64,000 bases of DNA, from the NCBI GenBank assembly GCA_004299485.1, contig SCQP01000016.1, positions 213,842-277,841 on the forward strand, read 5' to 3'. The translations under genes and the position numbers were made by a program. This document shows positions 54,956-62,826 of this stretch, piece after piece (the stretch's first letter is position 1; every line of letters begins with the position of its first letter). The stretch is from Acidobacteriota bacterium. Its GTDB lineage: Bacteria > Acidobacteriota > Terriglobia > Terriglobales > SCQP01. The notes under the pieces were generated by a model. It saw nothing but the letters and a program-made list of their open reading frames with translations, did no database searches and was not told the DNA's origin.

Positions 54956-56198
54956 GAGTGGCGGCGGCTAGTTCGGTGGGGGCGGCGAGGGTTTCGCCTT
55001 CCCAGCGGGCCACTACTGCCGCGGCCAGGCAGTTGCCGATTACATTGACGGCGGTGCGGCCCATGTCCAGAAACTGATCGACGCCCAGCAGCAGCGCCAC
55101 GCCCGACAGTGGCAAGCCAAAGGTCGCAGCGGTGGCGGCCAGCACCACAATCGCCGCGCGCGATACGCCGGCGACGCCTTTGCTGGTCAGCATCAGCGTC
55201 AGCAGCATGAAGATTTGCTGGCCCAGGCTCATGTGCATGTGCGCCGCCTGGGCGATGAACATCGCCGCCAGGCTCAGGTACAGGGTCGTTCCCGTCAGGT
55301 TGAAGCTGTAGCCGGTCGGAATCACGAAGCCGACGATACGGCGGGAAACGCCCATGGCTTCCATGTTCTCGAGTGCGCTGGGCAGTGCCGCTTCTGAACT
55401 CGAAGTGGAAAAGCCAATCAGCGTCGGCTCCTTGATGGCGGCCCAGAAGCGGGCCAAGGGTACCCGGAAAAGCACGATGGTCGCACCGAACACGACCACC
55501 AGGAACACCGCCAGCGCCCCGTAGAGCGTAGCTACCAGCTCGGCCAGTGGCACCAGCACCCCCAGCCCTTGCTTGCCGATACTGGCGGCGACGGCGCCCA
55601 ACACGCCGAAGGGCGCCGTCCACATCACGATTTCGGTGAGCTTGAACATGATCTTCATCAAGCCCTCGCAAAAGCGCAGCACCACGTGCGCGGGCTGGCC
55701 TTCTTCGGCGCCCGCCATCACCAGCGCAATGGCAAACAGCACGCTGAACACCACTACCTGCAGGACTTCGCCGTTGGCCAGCGCCTGGGCGAAGCTTTGC
55801 GGGAAGGTATGCAGAATCAGGCTGTCCAGCAGGCCGGGATGCACGCCCCCGCCCCCCAGTACGGTTCCGCTCGCGGCCGCGCCGCCGAGCGTGGCGCCGG
55901 CGCCGGGCTTGAGCCAGTTCACCGCCAGCAATCCCAGCACCAGCGCGCAGGTGGTGACCACCTCAAAAAAAACAATGGCTTTGACGGCGATGCGGCCCAG
56001 GCCCTTGAGTTCGCCATGTCCGGCGATGCCGACTACCAGCGTGGCGAAGATCAGCGGGCCCACGATCATCTTGATCAGCCGGAGAAAAATCACCTCCAGC
56101 GGGCTCAACGCCATACCGAAGTGCGGCCACAAAGCGCCGATCCCCACCCCCCCGACCAGCGCGATGAAAATCCAATGCGTAAGCGTCAGACGGCGCAT
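54948..56198 (-). CDS. Dicarboxylate/amino acid:cation symporter (GltP/DctA family)
   Basis: 416 aa. 'IKMIVGPLIF', 'STSSSEAALP', 'GYSFNLTGTTLY', 'DMGRTAVNVIGN'. Confidence 0.9.
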   Translation of the reverse strand: MRRLTLTHWIFIALVGGVGIGALWPHFGMALSPLEVIFLRLIKMIVGPLIFATLVVGIAGHGELKGLGRIAVKAIVFFEVVTTCALVLGLLAVNWLKPGAGATLGGAAASGTVLGGGGVHPGLLDSLILHTFPQSFAQALANGEVLQVVVFSVLFAIALVMAGAEEGQPAHVVLRFCEGLMKIMFKLTEIVMWTAPFGVLGAVAASIGKQGLGVLVPLAELVATLYGALAVFLVVVFGATIVLFRVPLARFWAAIKEPTLIGFSTSSSEAALPSALENMEAMGVSRRIVGFVIPTGYSFNLTGTTLYLSLAAMFIAQAAHMHMSLGQQIFMLLTLMLTSKGVAGVSRAAIVVLAATAATFGLPLSGVALLLGVDQFLDMGRTAVNVIGNCLAAAVVARWEGETLAAPTELAAATRG

Positions 56199-56219
56199 GG
56201 GCCTAGGGTACAGGGAACC

Positions 56220-56277
56220 GGGGCCAGGGGCCAGGGGTCAGGGGCCAGGAGTCAGGGGCCAGGGCCAGTGCTATGCT
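56220..56277. repeat. Tandem heptamer array (YCAGGGG x about 7); G-quadruplex-type motif on the + strand
   Basis: ccagggg ccagggg tcagggg ccaggag tcagggg ccagggc in the divergent gltP/thrC intergenic region. Confidence 0.9.
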
Positions 56278-56283
56278 GCTGTG

Positions 56284-57450
56284 GTGACCTACGTTACCCA
56301 CCTGGAATGCAGCCGCTGCGGAGAGCATGCCGCGGCGGACCGGCCGCAAACCGTCTGTCCCAAATGCCAGGGATCATTGTATGTTCGCTATGACCTGGCG
56401 GCCGTGGGCAAGGTACTCAATCCCGAAAAGCTGCAGGCGCGGTCGCAGGCGGAACGCTCGATGTGGAAGTATCAGGAGCTGATGCCCTCGGATACGCCGG
56501 TCACGCTGGGCGAAGGCCAGACGCCGCTGCTGCACGCGCGCCGGCTGGGTGAGAAAATGGGCGCGCAGAACTTGTACGTCAAGGATGAAGGCCTGAATCC
56601 GACGGGCAGCTTCAAGGCGCGCGGCCTGGGCTGTGCCGTCACCATGCTCAAGCAGTTCGGCGTCAAGAAGATTGCCATCCCGACGGCCGGCAATGCGGGC
56701 AGCGCACTGGCCGCCTATGCGGCCCAGGCCGGCCTGGAAGCCCACATTTTTGCGCCCAAGGATGTGCCCAAAGGCAACTTAGCCGAGTACAACTTTTATG
56801 GAGCGCATGTCACCCTCGTGGACGGATTGATCAGCGACTGCGCCCGGCTGGTGAAAGAGGGGCAGGAGCGCGAAGGTTGGTACGACGTCAGCACCATGAA
56901 AGAGCCCTATCGCGTCGAGGGCAAAAAGACCATGGGCTACGAGGTGGTGGAGCAGCTCGGCTGGAAAGTGCCGGATGTGATCTTTTATCCCACCGGCGGC
57001 GGCGTGGGCCTGATTGGCATGTGGAAAGGCTTTGGCGAACTGGAGCAATTGGGCTGGATGGGCGCCAAGCGTCCGCGCATGGTCGCGGTGCAATCCACCG
57101 GCTGCGCGCCGGTGGTGAAAGCCTTTAGCCGCGGCACCGAGGCCATCGATGCCTGGAAGGGCGCGGTAACGCTGGCTGCGGGCCTGCGTGTGCCCAAGCC
57201 CTACGCGGACAAGATTGTGCTCGATATTCTGCGCGACAGCCACGGAACCGCGGTGGCCGTAACCGACGAAGCGATTCTGGAAGCGGTGCACGAACTGGCG
57301 GCGACAGAAGGCATCTTTGCCGCGCCGGAAGGCGCCGCGACCGTGGCGGCGGCGCGCCAGCTTTACGCTTCCGGCTGGATGCAGCCGCACGAGACGGTGG
57401 TGCTCTACAACACCGGCGGCGCACTGAAATATCTCGACGTTCTACAGTAA
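56284..57450 (+). CDS. thrC: Threonine synthase (with N-terminal zinc-ribbon)
   Basis: 'THLECSRCG...CPKC' then 'NPTGSFKARG' (PLP lysine) and 'PTAGNAGSALAAYA'. GTG at 56284 chosen; the track ORF begins at 55573. Confidence 0.8.
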   Translation: MTYVTHLECSRCGEHAAADRPQTVCPKCQGSLYVRYDLAAVGKVLNPEKLQARSQAERSMWKYQELMPSDTPVTLGEGQTPLLHARRLGEKMGAQNLYVKDEGLNPTGSFKARGLGCAVTMLKQFGVKKIAIPTAGNAGSALAAYAAQAGLEAHIFAPKDVPKGNLAEYNFYGAHVTLVDGLISDCARLVKEGQEREGWYDVSTMKEPYRVEGKKTMGYEVVEQLGWKVPDVIFYPTGGGVGLIGMWKGFGELEQLGWMGAKRPRMVAVQSTGCAPVVKAFSRGTEAIDAWKGAVTLAAGLRVPKPYADKIVLDILRDSHGTAVAVTDEAILEAVHELAATEGIFAAPEGAATVAAARQLYASGWMQPHETVVLYNTGGALKYLDVLQ

Positions 57451-57480
57451 AACAAAAAGAGCGGCTCGGTGAGCCGCTCT
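57451..57480 (-). terminator. Rho-independent terminator (strong for the minus-strand RRM gene; possibly bidirectional)
   Basis: Perfect 10-bp stem AGAGCGGCTC/GAGCCGCTCT with a 3-nt loop. On the minus strand it is followed by TTTTTGTTTT. Confidence 0.8.
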
Positions 57481-57505
57481 TGATGATGAATGAAACGCGA
57501 GGCCC

Positions 57506-57826
57506 CTACCAGCGCTGTTCGCGCCGGCCGCCGCCGCCAAAGCCGCCGCGTCCACCGCGGGCGCCGTTGCCGGCGCGTTCCGGACGGGGACGGGCAACGT
57601 TCACATTCAGAGCCCGGCCGTCGATTTCACTGCCGTTCAGCGCCGCGATGGCGGCGTCGCCCTGCTGATCGTCTTCCATTTCCACGAAACCGAAACCACG
57701 GGAACGGCCGGTGTCGCGGTCGGTCATGATGCTGACCCGGCTAACAGCCCCGTGCGGTTCGAACGCGGTACGCAAATCTGCTTCTGTCGTGTGAAACGAC
57801 AGATTTCCAACAAAAATATTCTTCAA
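57506..57826 (-). CDS. RRM-type RNA-binding protein with Gly/Arg-rich tail
   Basis: RNP2 'IFVGNL', RNP1 'RGFGFVEM', C-terminal 'GGRGGFGGGGRR'. Confidence 0.9.
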   Translation of the reverse strand: MKNIFVGNLSFHTTEADLRTAFEPHGAVSRVSIMTDRDTGRSRGFGFVEMEDDQQGDAAIAALNGSEIDGRALNVNVARPRPERAGNGARGGRGGFGGGGRREQRW

Positions 57827-57994
57827 GGGAATTCCTTCAACGAGAGAGCTATTTGACTTGGCTGGTCTATAGCGAATAGGCGAGCGGAACAGGTTCGTAC
57901 CGGCGGTCTACAGGCATCGAGCAGAAGACAAACGCATAGTCAATATACCACGGTTTCCGGGTGCGTTGCGGGCACCCCAATGGGGGGAACCCGG

Positions 57995-58300
57995 TTACGC
58001 ACCGGCGCTATGGGCACGCAGCACGGTCAGGTTCAGGGCGTCGCGCAACTCGGGGCTGACGGCAAAGTGGACGGAGTTGCAGGGGGCAATCTCCAGCCGT
58101 GTGCCGGTGCGCGGATCGCGCCCGATGCGCGCCTTGCGGGCTACTGGCTTGAAGGTGCCAAAACCGGCCAGGGTGACACGCTGGCCGCGCGTCAGCTCCT
58201 CGGCCATCGCCGCCAGTGCCGCATTCAGTGCCCGCTCCGCGGTCATGCGCGGAATGCCGCTGGCACTCGCCATCGCCAAGCTCAGGTCACTACGGTTCAT
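57995..58300 (-). CDS. hup: HU/IHF-family DNA-binding protein
   Basis: 'LAGFGTFKPVARKARIGRDPRTG'. Confidence 0.85.
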   Translation of the reverse strand: MNRSDLSLAMASASGIPRMTAERALNAALAAMAEELTRGQRVTLAGFGTFKPVARKARIGRDPRTGTRLEIAPCNSVHFAVSPELRDALNLTVLRAHSAGA

Positions 58301-58351
58301 GATGCCCTCCAGGGGGAGACTGACCCGGTTTATAGCAGAATATTAGGCAGC

Positions 58352-58639
58352 ATGCAATCTTCTATGGCCGAAAATCCAGAATCGCCAGCCGCCCGGCATT
58401 CCCTCTCATGGAGACGCAGTCTGTGGCAGGCGGTTCTGGTGGTGTTCACCATCGAAGTCGGTCTGGTTCTGCTGACCCTGCCCTGGACACCGATTTGGAC
58501 CAATACCATCGCGGTCATCAGCGGAGCGAGTTCCTGGCGGCTGGTGCTGCTGAGCTCCTGGGTGCGCGGGATCGTCAGCGGACTGGGTTTGTTGAATTTA
58601 TGGGCAGCGGCAAGCGAAATCACGCACTTCGATCGTTAG
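58352..58639 (+). CDS. Small membrane protein (hypothetical)
   Basis: 95 aa from the ATG at 58352 with two hydrophobic helices ('AVLVVFTIEVGLVLLTL', 'GIVSGLGLLNLWAAA'). Confidence 0.4.
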   Translation: MQSSMAENPESPAARHSLSWRRSLWQAVLVVFTIEVGLVLLTLPWTPIWTNTIAVISGASSWRLVLLSSWVRGIVSGLGLLNLWAAASEITHFDR

Positions 58640-59289
58640 ATCACCCTTGGCTATACTGCATCAGCAATGGCTCCGGCTGGGAGGGATTCGAGCGGCTGGT
58701 GGAGGTGGCGCGGGCGGGTGTAGATTTTATCCAAGTTCGCGAAAAGCAGCTTAGTGGGAGAGAATTACTGGCCTTTTGCCGCAAGCTGCGTGCGGCCATT
58801 CCGCCGGGCCGCCCCAAACTGCTGGTAAACAGCCGTTTGGATGTAGCACTGGCGGCCGGCTTTGATGGCGTCCACTGCCCGGCGGACGGCCTGCCGCCGT
58901 CCCGGCTGCGGCCGCTCGTACCGCCCGAGTTTCTTATTGTGCAGAGCTGCCATAGCGCCGTCGAGGTGGTGACTGCTGAAGGTGCCGACTTTTGCGTCTT
59001 CGGGCCGGTTTTCACCACTCCGTCCAAGCTGGCCTTTGGGCCGCCGCTGGGTCTGGAGGCGTTGGGTGCAGCAACCCAGTGCGGTAGACCGGTGCTGGCA
59101 CTGGGTGGCGTAAACCCCGGCAACGCCGCGCAGTGCCTTGCCCAGGGCGCGGCGGGGATCGCCGGCATCCGGCTGTTCGCCACCGGGAACATGGCGGCCG
59201 ATTTGCGCGTAGTATTGACAGGCGCGGGGCCCGGCCCGGTTGTGCCGATCGACCCGCTTGCGCCGCAGCGAGGTCCCCAACCATCATGA
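58600..59289 (+). CDS. thiE: Thiamine-phosphate synthase family protein
   Basis: 'VDFIQVREKQLSGRELL', 'LLVNSRLDVALAAGFDGVH', 'DFCVFGPVFTTPSK', 'LALGGV'. The start is uncertain; the ATG at 58600 was chosen. Confidence 0.65.
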   Translation: MGSGKRNHALRSLDHPWLYCISNGSGWEGFERLVEVARAGVDFIQVREKQLSGRELLAFCRKLRAAIPPGRPKLLVNSRLDVALAAGFDGVHCPADGLPPSRLRPLVPPEFLIVQSCHSAVEVVTAEGADFCVFGPVFTTPSKLAFGPPLGLEALGAATQCGRPVLALGGVNPGNAAQCLAQGAAGIAGIRLFATGNMAADLRVVLTGAGPGPVVPIDPLAPQRGPQPS

Positions 59290-59981
59290 GCACCTCTTAC
59301 CCCCCGCCTTCCGCTCCCCGGCCGCCCCAGCGCAACAATGCCTGGCTGGCGGTCATTGCCGGCATCCTGATTGTGCTGGTGGTGATCGTCGGCTTTGGCG
59401 TGTTCGTCATCAGCCGCTTTGTGCACAACACCCACATTGTGACCAGCGGCAGCGGCGCCAATCAGGTCACCAATATTCAATCGCCCCTCGGCAACCTCCA
59501 TGTGCAAGGCGACGGCAAAAATGCCCGGGTGAGCATACAATCGCCATTCGGCGATATCAAGGTCGTGCCGCAGCCCGATCTCGCCCAACTGGACATGACG
59601 ATTTATCCGGGGGCGACCGAGGTGCTGTCCCCCGCCGATTCGCCGTTCCACGACAACAGCGCTGACTTCAGTGAGATCGATGGCATCCGCGGAGTCCACT
59701 TCGACAGCCCCGGCGCCGAGGTCACGCTGCGCGGCGGCGGCGGCGCCATGCTGGTGAACGTCGCTGAGTTCCGGGCCCCCGCCTCGACCGCGCAGGTGCT
59801 GCACTATTACCAGCAGCAGCTCAGCCGGCTGGGTGCGGTGCAGCAGCGCTGGGAAAACGGCACGCAAGGCCTGCAGCTCCGGCGGTCAAAAGACGATGTG
59901 CGCTATGTGGCGGTGCGCACCGGAAGCGACGGCACCCATTTTGTGCTGGTGCGAGTGAAGGCCGGCGACGCAGCCCGTTAA
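59286..59981 (+). CDS. Membrane-anchored hypothetical protein
   Basis: The ATG at 59286 overlaps the thiE stop (ATGA). Pro-rich N-terminus, one TM ('AWLAVIAGILIVLVVIVGFGVFVI'), then a soluble domain. Confidence 0.5.
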   Translation: MSTSYPPPSAPRPPQRNNAWLAVIAGILIVLVVIVGFGVFVISRFVHNTHIVTSGSGANQVTNIQSPLGNLHVQGDGKNARVSIQSPFGDIKVVPQPDLAQLDMTIYPGATEVLSPADSPFHDNSADFSEIDGIRGVHFDSPGAEVTLRGGGGAMLVNVAEFRAPASTAQVLHYYQQQLSRLGAVQQRWENGTQGLQLRRSKDDVRYVAVRTGSDGTHFVLVRVKAGDAAR

Positions 59982-59986
59982 CCCCG

Positions 59987-61285
59987 CTATTCCTGCGCCA
60001 GCGCCCGGTCCAGAATCGCATCCACGTTGCGGAGGTGATGTTTGAGGTCGAAGGCCGCCGCAATGGTCTCCGGCTTCACCTGCGCCCGGATCTCCGGATC
60101 GGCTTCAATGGCGGTGCGGAAATCGGCCCCTGTCCGCCAACTCTCCATCGCATGCCGCTGCACCCAGCGGTAGGCCTGCTCGCGGCTGATGCCGCTCTCG
60201 ACCAGCTCCAGCAAGAGCTGGCCGCTGAAGACCAGGCCGAACGAGGACTCCAGATTCTTTTGCATCCGTTCGGGATAGACCAGCAGCTTATCGATCAGGT
60301 TCGTGGTCTTGGCGAGCATGTAGTCGAGCAGAATGCAGGAATCCGGCAACACGACCCGCTCGACGGAACTGTGGCTGATATCGCGCTCATGCCAGAGCGC
60401 CACGTTTTCGAGCTCCGCCAGCGCGTTCGAGCGCAGCAGCCGCGCCAGACCGCAGATCTGCTCGCTGGTGACGGGATTGCGCTTGTGCGGCATGGCGGAA
60501 GACCCTTTTTGCTTTTCTGAAAAGAACTCCTCGGCCTCGCGCACTTCCGTGCGCTGCAGGTGCCGGACTTCGAGCGCAATTTTTTCGAGCGAGGCGCCGC
60601 ACACGGCGATGGCGCACAGAAAGGCGGCATGCTCTTCCCGTTGGATCACCTGATTGGCGATGGGCGCGGGTTTCAGCCCGAGCCGTTGACAGATGCGCGC
60701 CTCGACCTCCGGGTCCAAGTGGGCAAAGGTTCCGACCGCGCCACTCAACTTGCCCAGGCGCAGGTCTTCGGCCGCGGCGCGCAAACGGTGGATGTTGCGC
60801 ACATTTTCGCTATACCAAAGCGCGAGCTTGAGTCCGAAGGTGATCGGCTCGGCATGCACGCCATGGGTGCGGCCGACCTGGACGGTGTGGGCAAACTCCC
60901 GGGCCCGCCGCCGCAATACCGCGCCCAGAGCATCGAGGTCTTCGAGCAGCAGCCGGGCGGCCTGTTGCATCTGGAGCGCCTGGGCGGTGTCGATGGTGTC
61001 GTTGGAGGTCAGGCCGTAGTGAAAATAGCGCGCGGCCGGGCCCACGTGCTCGGCGACGTTGGTGGTGAAGGCGATCAAGTCGTGCTTGACCTCGGCCTCA
61101 ATCTCCGCGATGCGCTCCGGTTCGCAGGCGGCCTTGGCCTCGATTTCCCGTGCCGCCTCGGCGGGAATGATGCCCATTTCCGCCTCGACGGCAGCGGTGG
61201 CCTTTTCCACCGCCAGCCACTGCGCAAAGCGGTTTTCGTCGCTCCAGATGCGGCCCATCGCCGCGCGTGTATACCTTGCGATCAT
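59987..61285 (-). CDS. purB: Adenylosuccinate lyase
   Basis: 'MIARYTRAAMGRIWSDENRF', 'GLTSNDTIDT', signature 'SSAMPHKRNP'. ATG at 61285 chosen; the track ORF extends to 61957. Confidence 0.9.
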   Translation of the reverse strand: MIARYTRAAMGRIWSDENRFAQWLAVEKATAAVEAEMGIIPAEAAREIEAKAACEPERIAEIEAEVKHDLIAFTTNVAEHVGPAARYFHYGLTSNDTIDTAQALQMQQAARLLLEDLDALGAVLRRRAREFAHTVQVGRTHGVHAEPITFGLKLALWYSENVRNIHRLRAAAEDLRLGKLSGAVGTFAHLDPEVEARICQRLGLKPAPIANQVIQREEHAAFLCAIAVCGASLEKIALEVRHLQRTEVREAEEFFSEKQKGSSAMPHKRNPVTSEQICGLARLLRSNALAELENVALWHERDISHSSVERVVLPDSCILLDYMLAKTTNLIDKLLVYPERMQKNLESSFGLVFSGQLLLELVESGISREQAYRWVQRHAMESWRTGADFRTAIEADPEIRAQVKPETIAAAFDLKHHLRNVDAILDRALAQE

Positions 61286-61295
61286 GTTGTTTTGC

Positions 61296-61330
61296 CTGGC
61301 CCCTGTCCCCTGGCCCCTGTCCCCTGTTAG
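61296..61330. repeat. Tandem heptamer array (CTGKCCC x 5); G-quadruplex-type motif on the minus strand
   Basis: ctggccc ctgtccc ctggccc ctgtccc ctgttag in the divergent purB/pyrR intergenic region. It is the reverse complement of the CAGGGGN family at 56220-56277. Confidence 0.9.
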
Positions 61331-61342
61331 AATAACCTCGCT

Positions 61343-61903
61343 ATGGCTGACTCCATGCCTCTGTTGCGCGAGAAAGCGCAACTCATGTCTGCCTCCGAGA
61401 TTGAGCGCACCCTGGTGCGGCTGGCGCATGAAATTGTGGAAAAGAACAATGGCGTGGAGGGGCTGGCGCTGGTGGGCATCCGGCGCCGGGGCGAGCCGCT
61501 GGCGCGCCGCCTGGCCGCTCTTGCGGGCCGCATCGAGAACAAGCCGGTGCCGGTCGGCACGCTCGACATCACGCTGTACCGGGACGACCTGTCGCCGGTG
61601 GGCGTCAAGCCCGAAGTCAAACCCTCGCAGATCGACTTTGACATCAATGGCCTGAACGTGATTCTGGTGGATGACGTGCTCTACACCGGCCGCACCATCC
61701 GTGCCGCGCTCGACGCGCTGTTTGATCACGGCCGTCCGCGCCGGGTGCAGTTGTGCGCGCTGATCGACCGCGGCCACCGCGAGCTGCCCATTGAGGCCAG
61801 CTTCGTGGGCAAATACGTGCAAACCACGGCGCGCGAAATGGTGGAAGTGAAGCTGAAGGAGATGGACGGCACCGAACGGGTGCTCCTGGTCGAACCGGTC
61901 TAA
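61343..61903 (+). CDS. pyrR: Bifunctional pyr operon regulator / uracil phosphoribosyltransferase
   Basis: 'VILVDDVLYTGRTIRAAL' PRPP motif. The N-terminus 'LMSASEIERTLVRLAHEIVE' resembles PyrR. Lies upstream of pyrB-pyrC. Confidence 0.85.
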   Translation: MADSMPLLREKAQLMSASEIERTLVRLAHEIVEKNNGVEGLALVGIRRRGEPLARRLAALAGRIENKPVPVGTLDITLYRDDLSPVGVKPEVKPSQIDFDINGLNVILVDDVLYTGRTIRAALDALFDHGRPRRVQLCALIDRGHRELPIEASFVGKYVQTTAREMVEVKLKEMDGTERVLLVEPV

Positions 61904-61905
61904 GC

Positions 61906-62826
61906 ATGAACGCTCATCCCGAACCAGCGCACGTTCTCGGCATCGAGGGCTTGCCATTGGCTCGCATCGAGCAGTTTCTCAGCCTCGCCGCCGCGTTCCA
62001 GAAAACGCCACCGCCGCGAATGCTCACCGGCAAGCGGCTGCTGCTGCTGTTCTACGAAGCCTCGACGCGCACCCGCACCTCGTTTGAAGTCGCGGCGCGG
62101 CGGCTGGGGGCCGAGACCGTCTCCGTCAGCGCCCAGGCCAGCAGCATTGAAAAAGGCGAGTCGCTGCTGGATACCGTTTACACCTTGCGCGCCATGGCGA
62201 TTGACGGCATCGTGATGCGCCACGCCTCCAGCGGCGCGCCCCGGCTGGTGGCCGATCACGCCGATGTGCCGGTGATCAACGCCGGCGACGGCATGCACGA
62301 GCATCCCACCCAGGCGCTGCTCGACGGCTTCACGATTCTGCGCCACCGCGGCAGCATCGCCGGCCTGAAGGTGGCCATCATCGGCGACATTCTGCACAGC
62401 CGCGTGGCGCGCTCGAACATTCTGCTGCTGTCACGGCTGGGAGCCGAGCTGCGCCTCTGTGGCCCGCGCACGCTGCTGCCGCCGGAGTTTGCCGCCTATG
62501 GCAAAAACGTTCGCCTCTACGGCGAGCTTGAGCCCGCGCTCGACGGCGCCGATGTGGTGATGGTGTTGCGCATTCAGATGGAGCGCATGCATGAGAGCTT
62601 TTTCCCCAGCGAAGCCGAATACGTCAGCCGCTTTTCCGTCACCGCCGAACGGCTGCGCGCCGCCCGCCCGGATGCGCTGGTGATGCACCCCGGGCCGGTG
62701 ATCCGCGGGGTGGAGATCAGCGCCGAAGTGGCGGATTCGCCGCAGTCGGTGATCCGCGAGCAGGTGGAAAATGGCGTGCTCATCCGCATGGCGGTGCTGC
62801 ACACGGTCCTCGGTGCAAAACGATGA
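61906..62826 (+). CDS. pyrB: Aspartate carbamoyltransferase catalytic subunit
   Basis: 'EASTRTRTSFEVAA', 'HPTQALLD', 'HPGP'. Confidence 0.9.
   Translation: MNAHPEPAHVLGIEGLPLARIEQFLSLAAAFQKTPPPRMLTGKRLLLLFYEASTRTRTSFEVAARRLGAETVSVSAQASSIEKGESLLDTVYTLRAMAIDGIVMRHASSGAPRLVADHADVPVINAGDGMHEHPTQALLDGFTILRHRGSIAGLKVAIIGDILHSRVARSNILLLSRLGAELRLCGPRTLLPPEFAAYGKNVRLYGELEPALDGADVVMVLRIQMERMHESFFPSEAEYVSRFSVTAERLRAARPDALVMHPGPVIRGVEISAEVADSPQSVIREQVENGVLIRMAVLHTVLGAKR

Noticed and set aside
56220-56277. CRISPR array.
   Set aside because: The tandem repeats have a 7-bp period with no unique spacers. The 111-bp repeats are tens of kb apart. No cas genes were seen.
57960-57995. Terminator downstream of hup (GGGTGC...GCACCC and CCGGGT...ACCCGG stems).
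   Set aside because: Stems exist, but no U-tract follows on the minus strand. The support is too weak to call.
61296-61342. PyrR-binding anti-antiterminator hairpin in the pyrR leader.
   Set aside because: The leader is only ~57 nt and is occupied by the heptamer array. I could not find the conserved PyrR-binding loop sequence.
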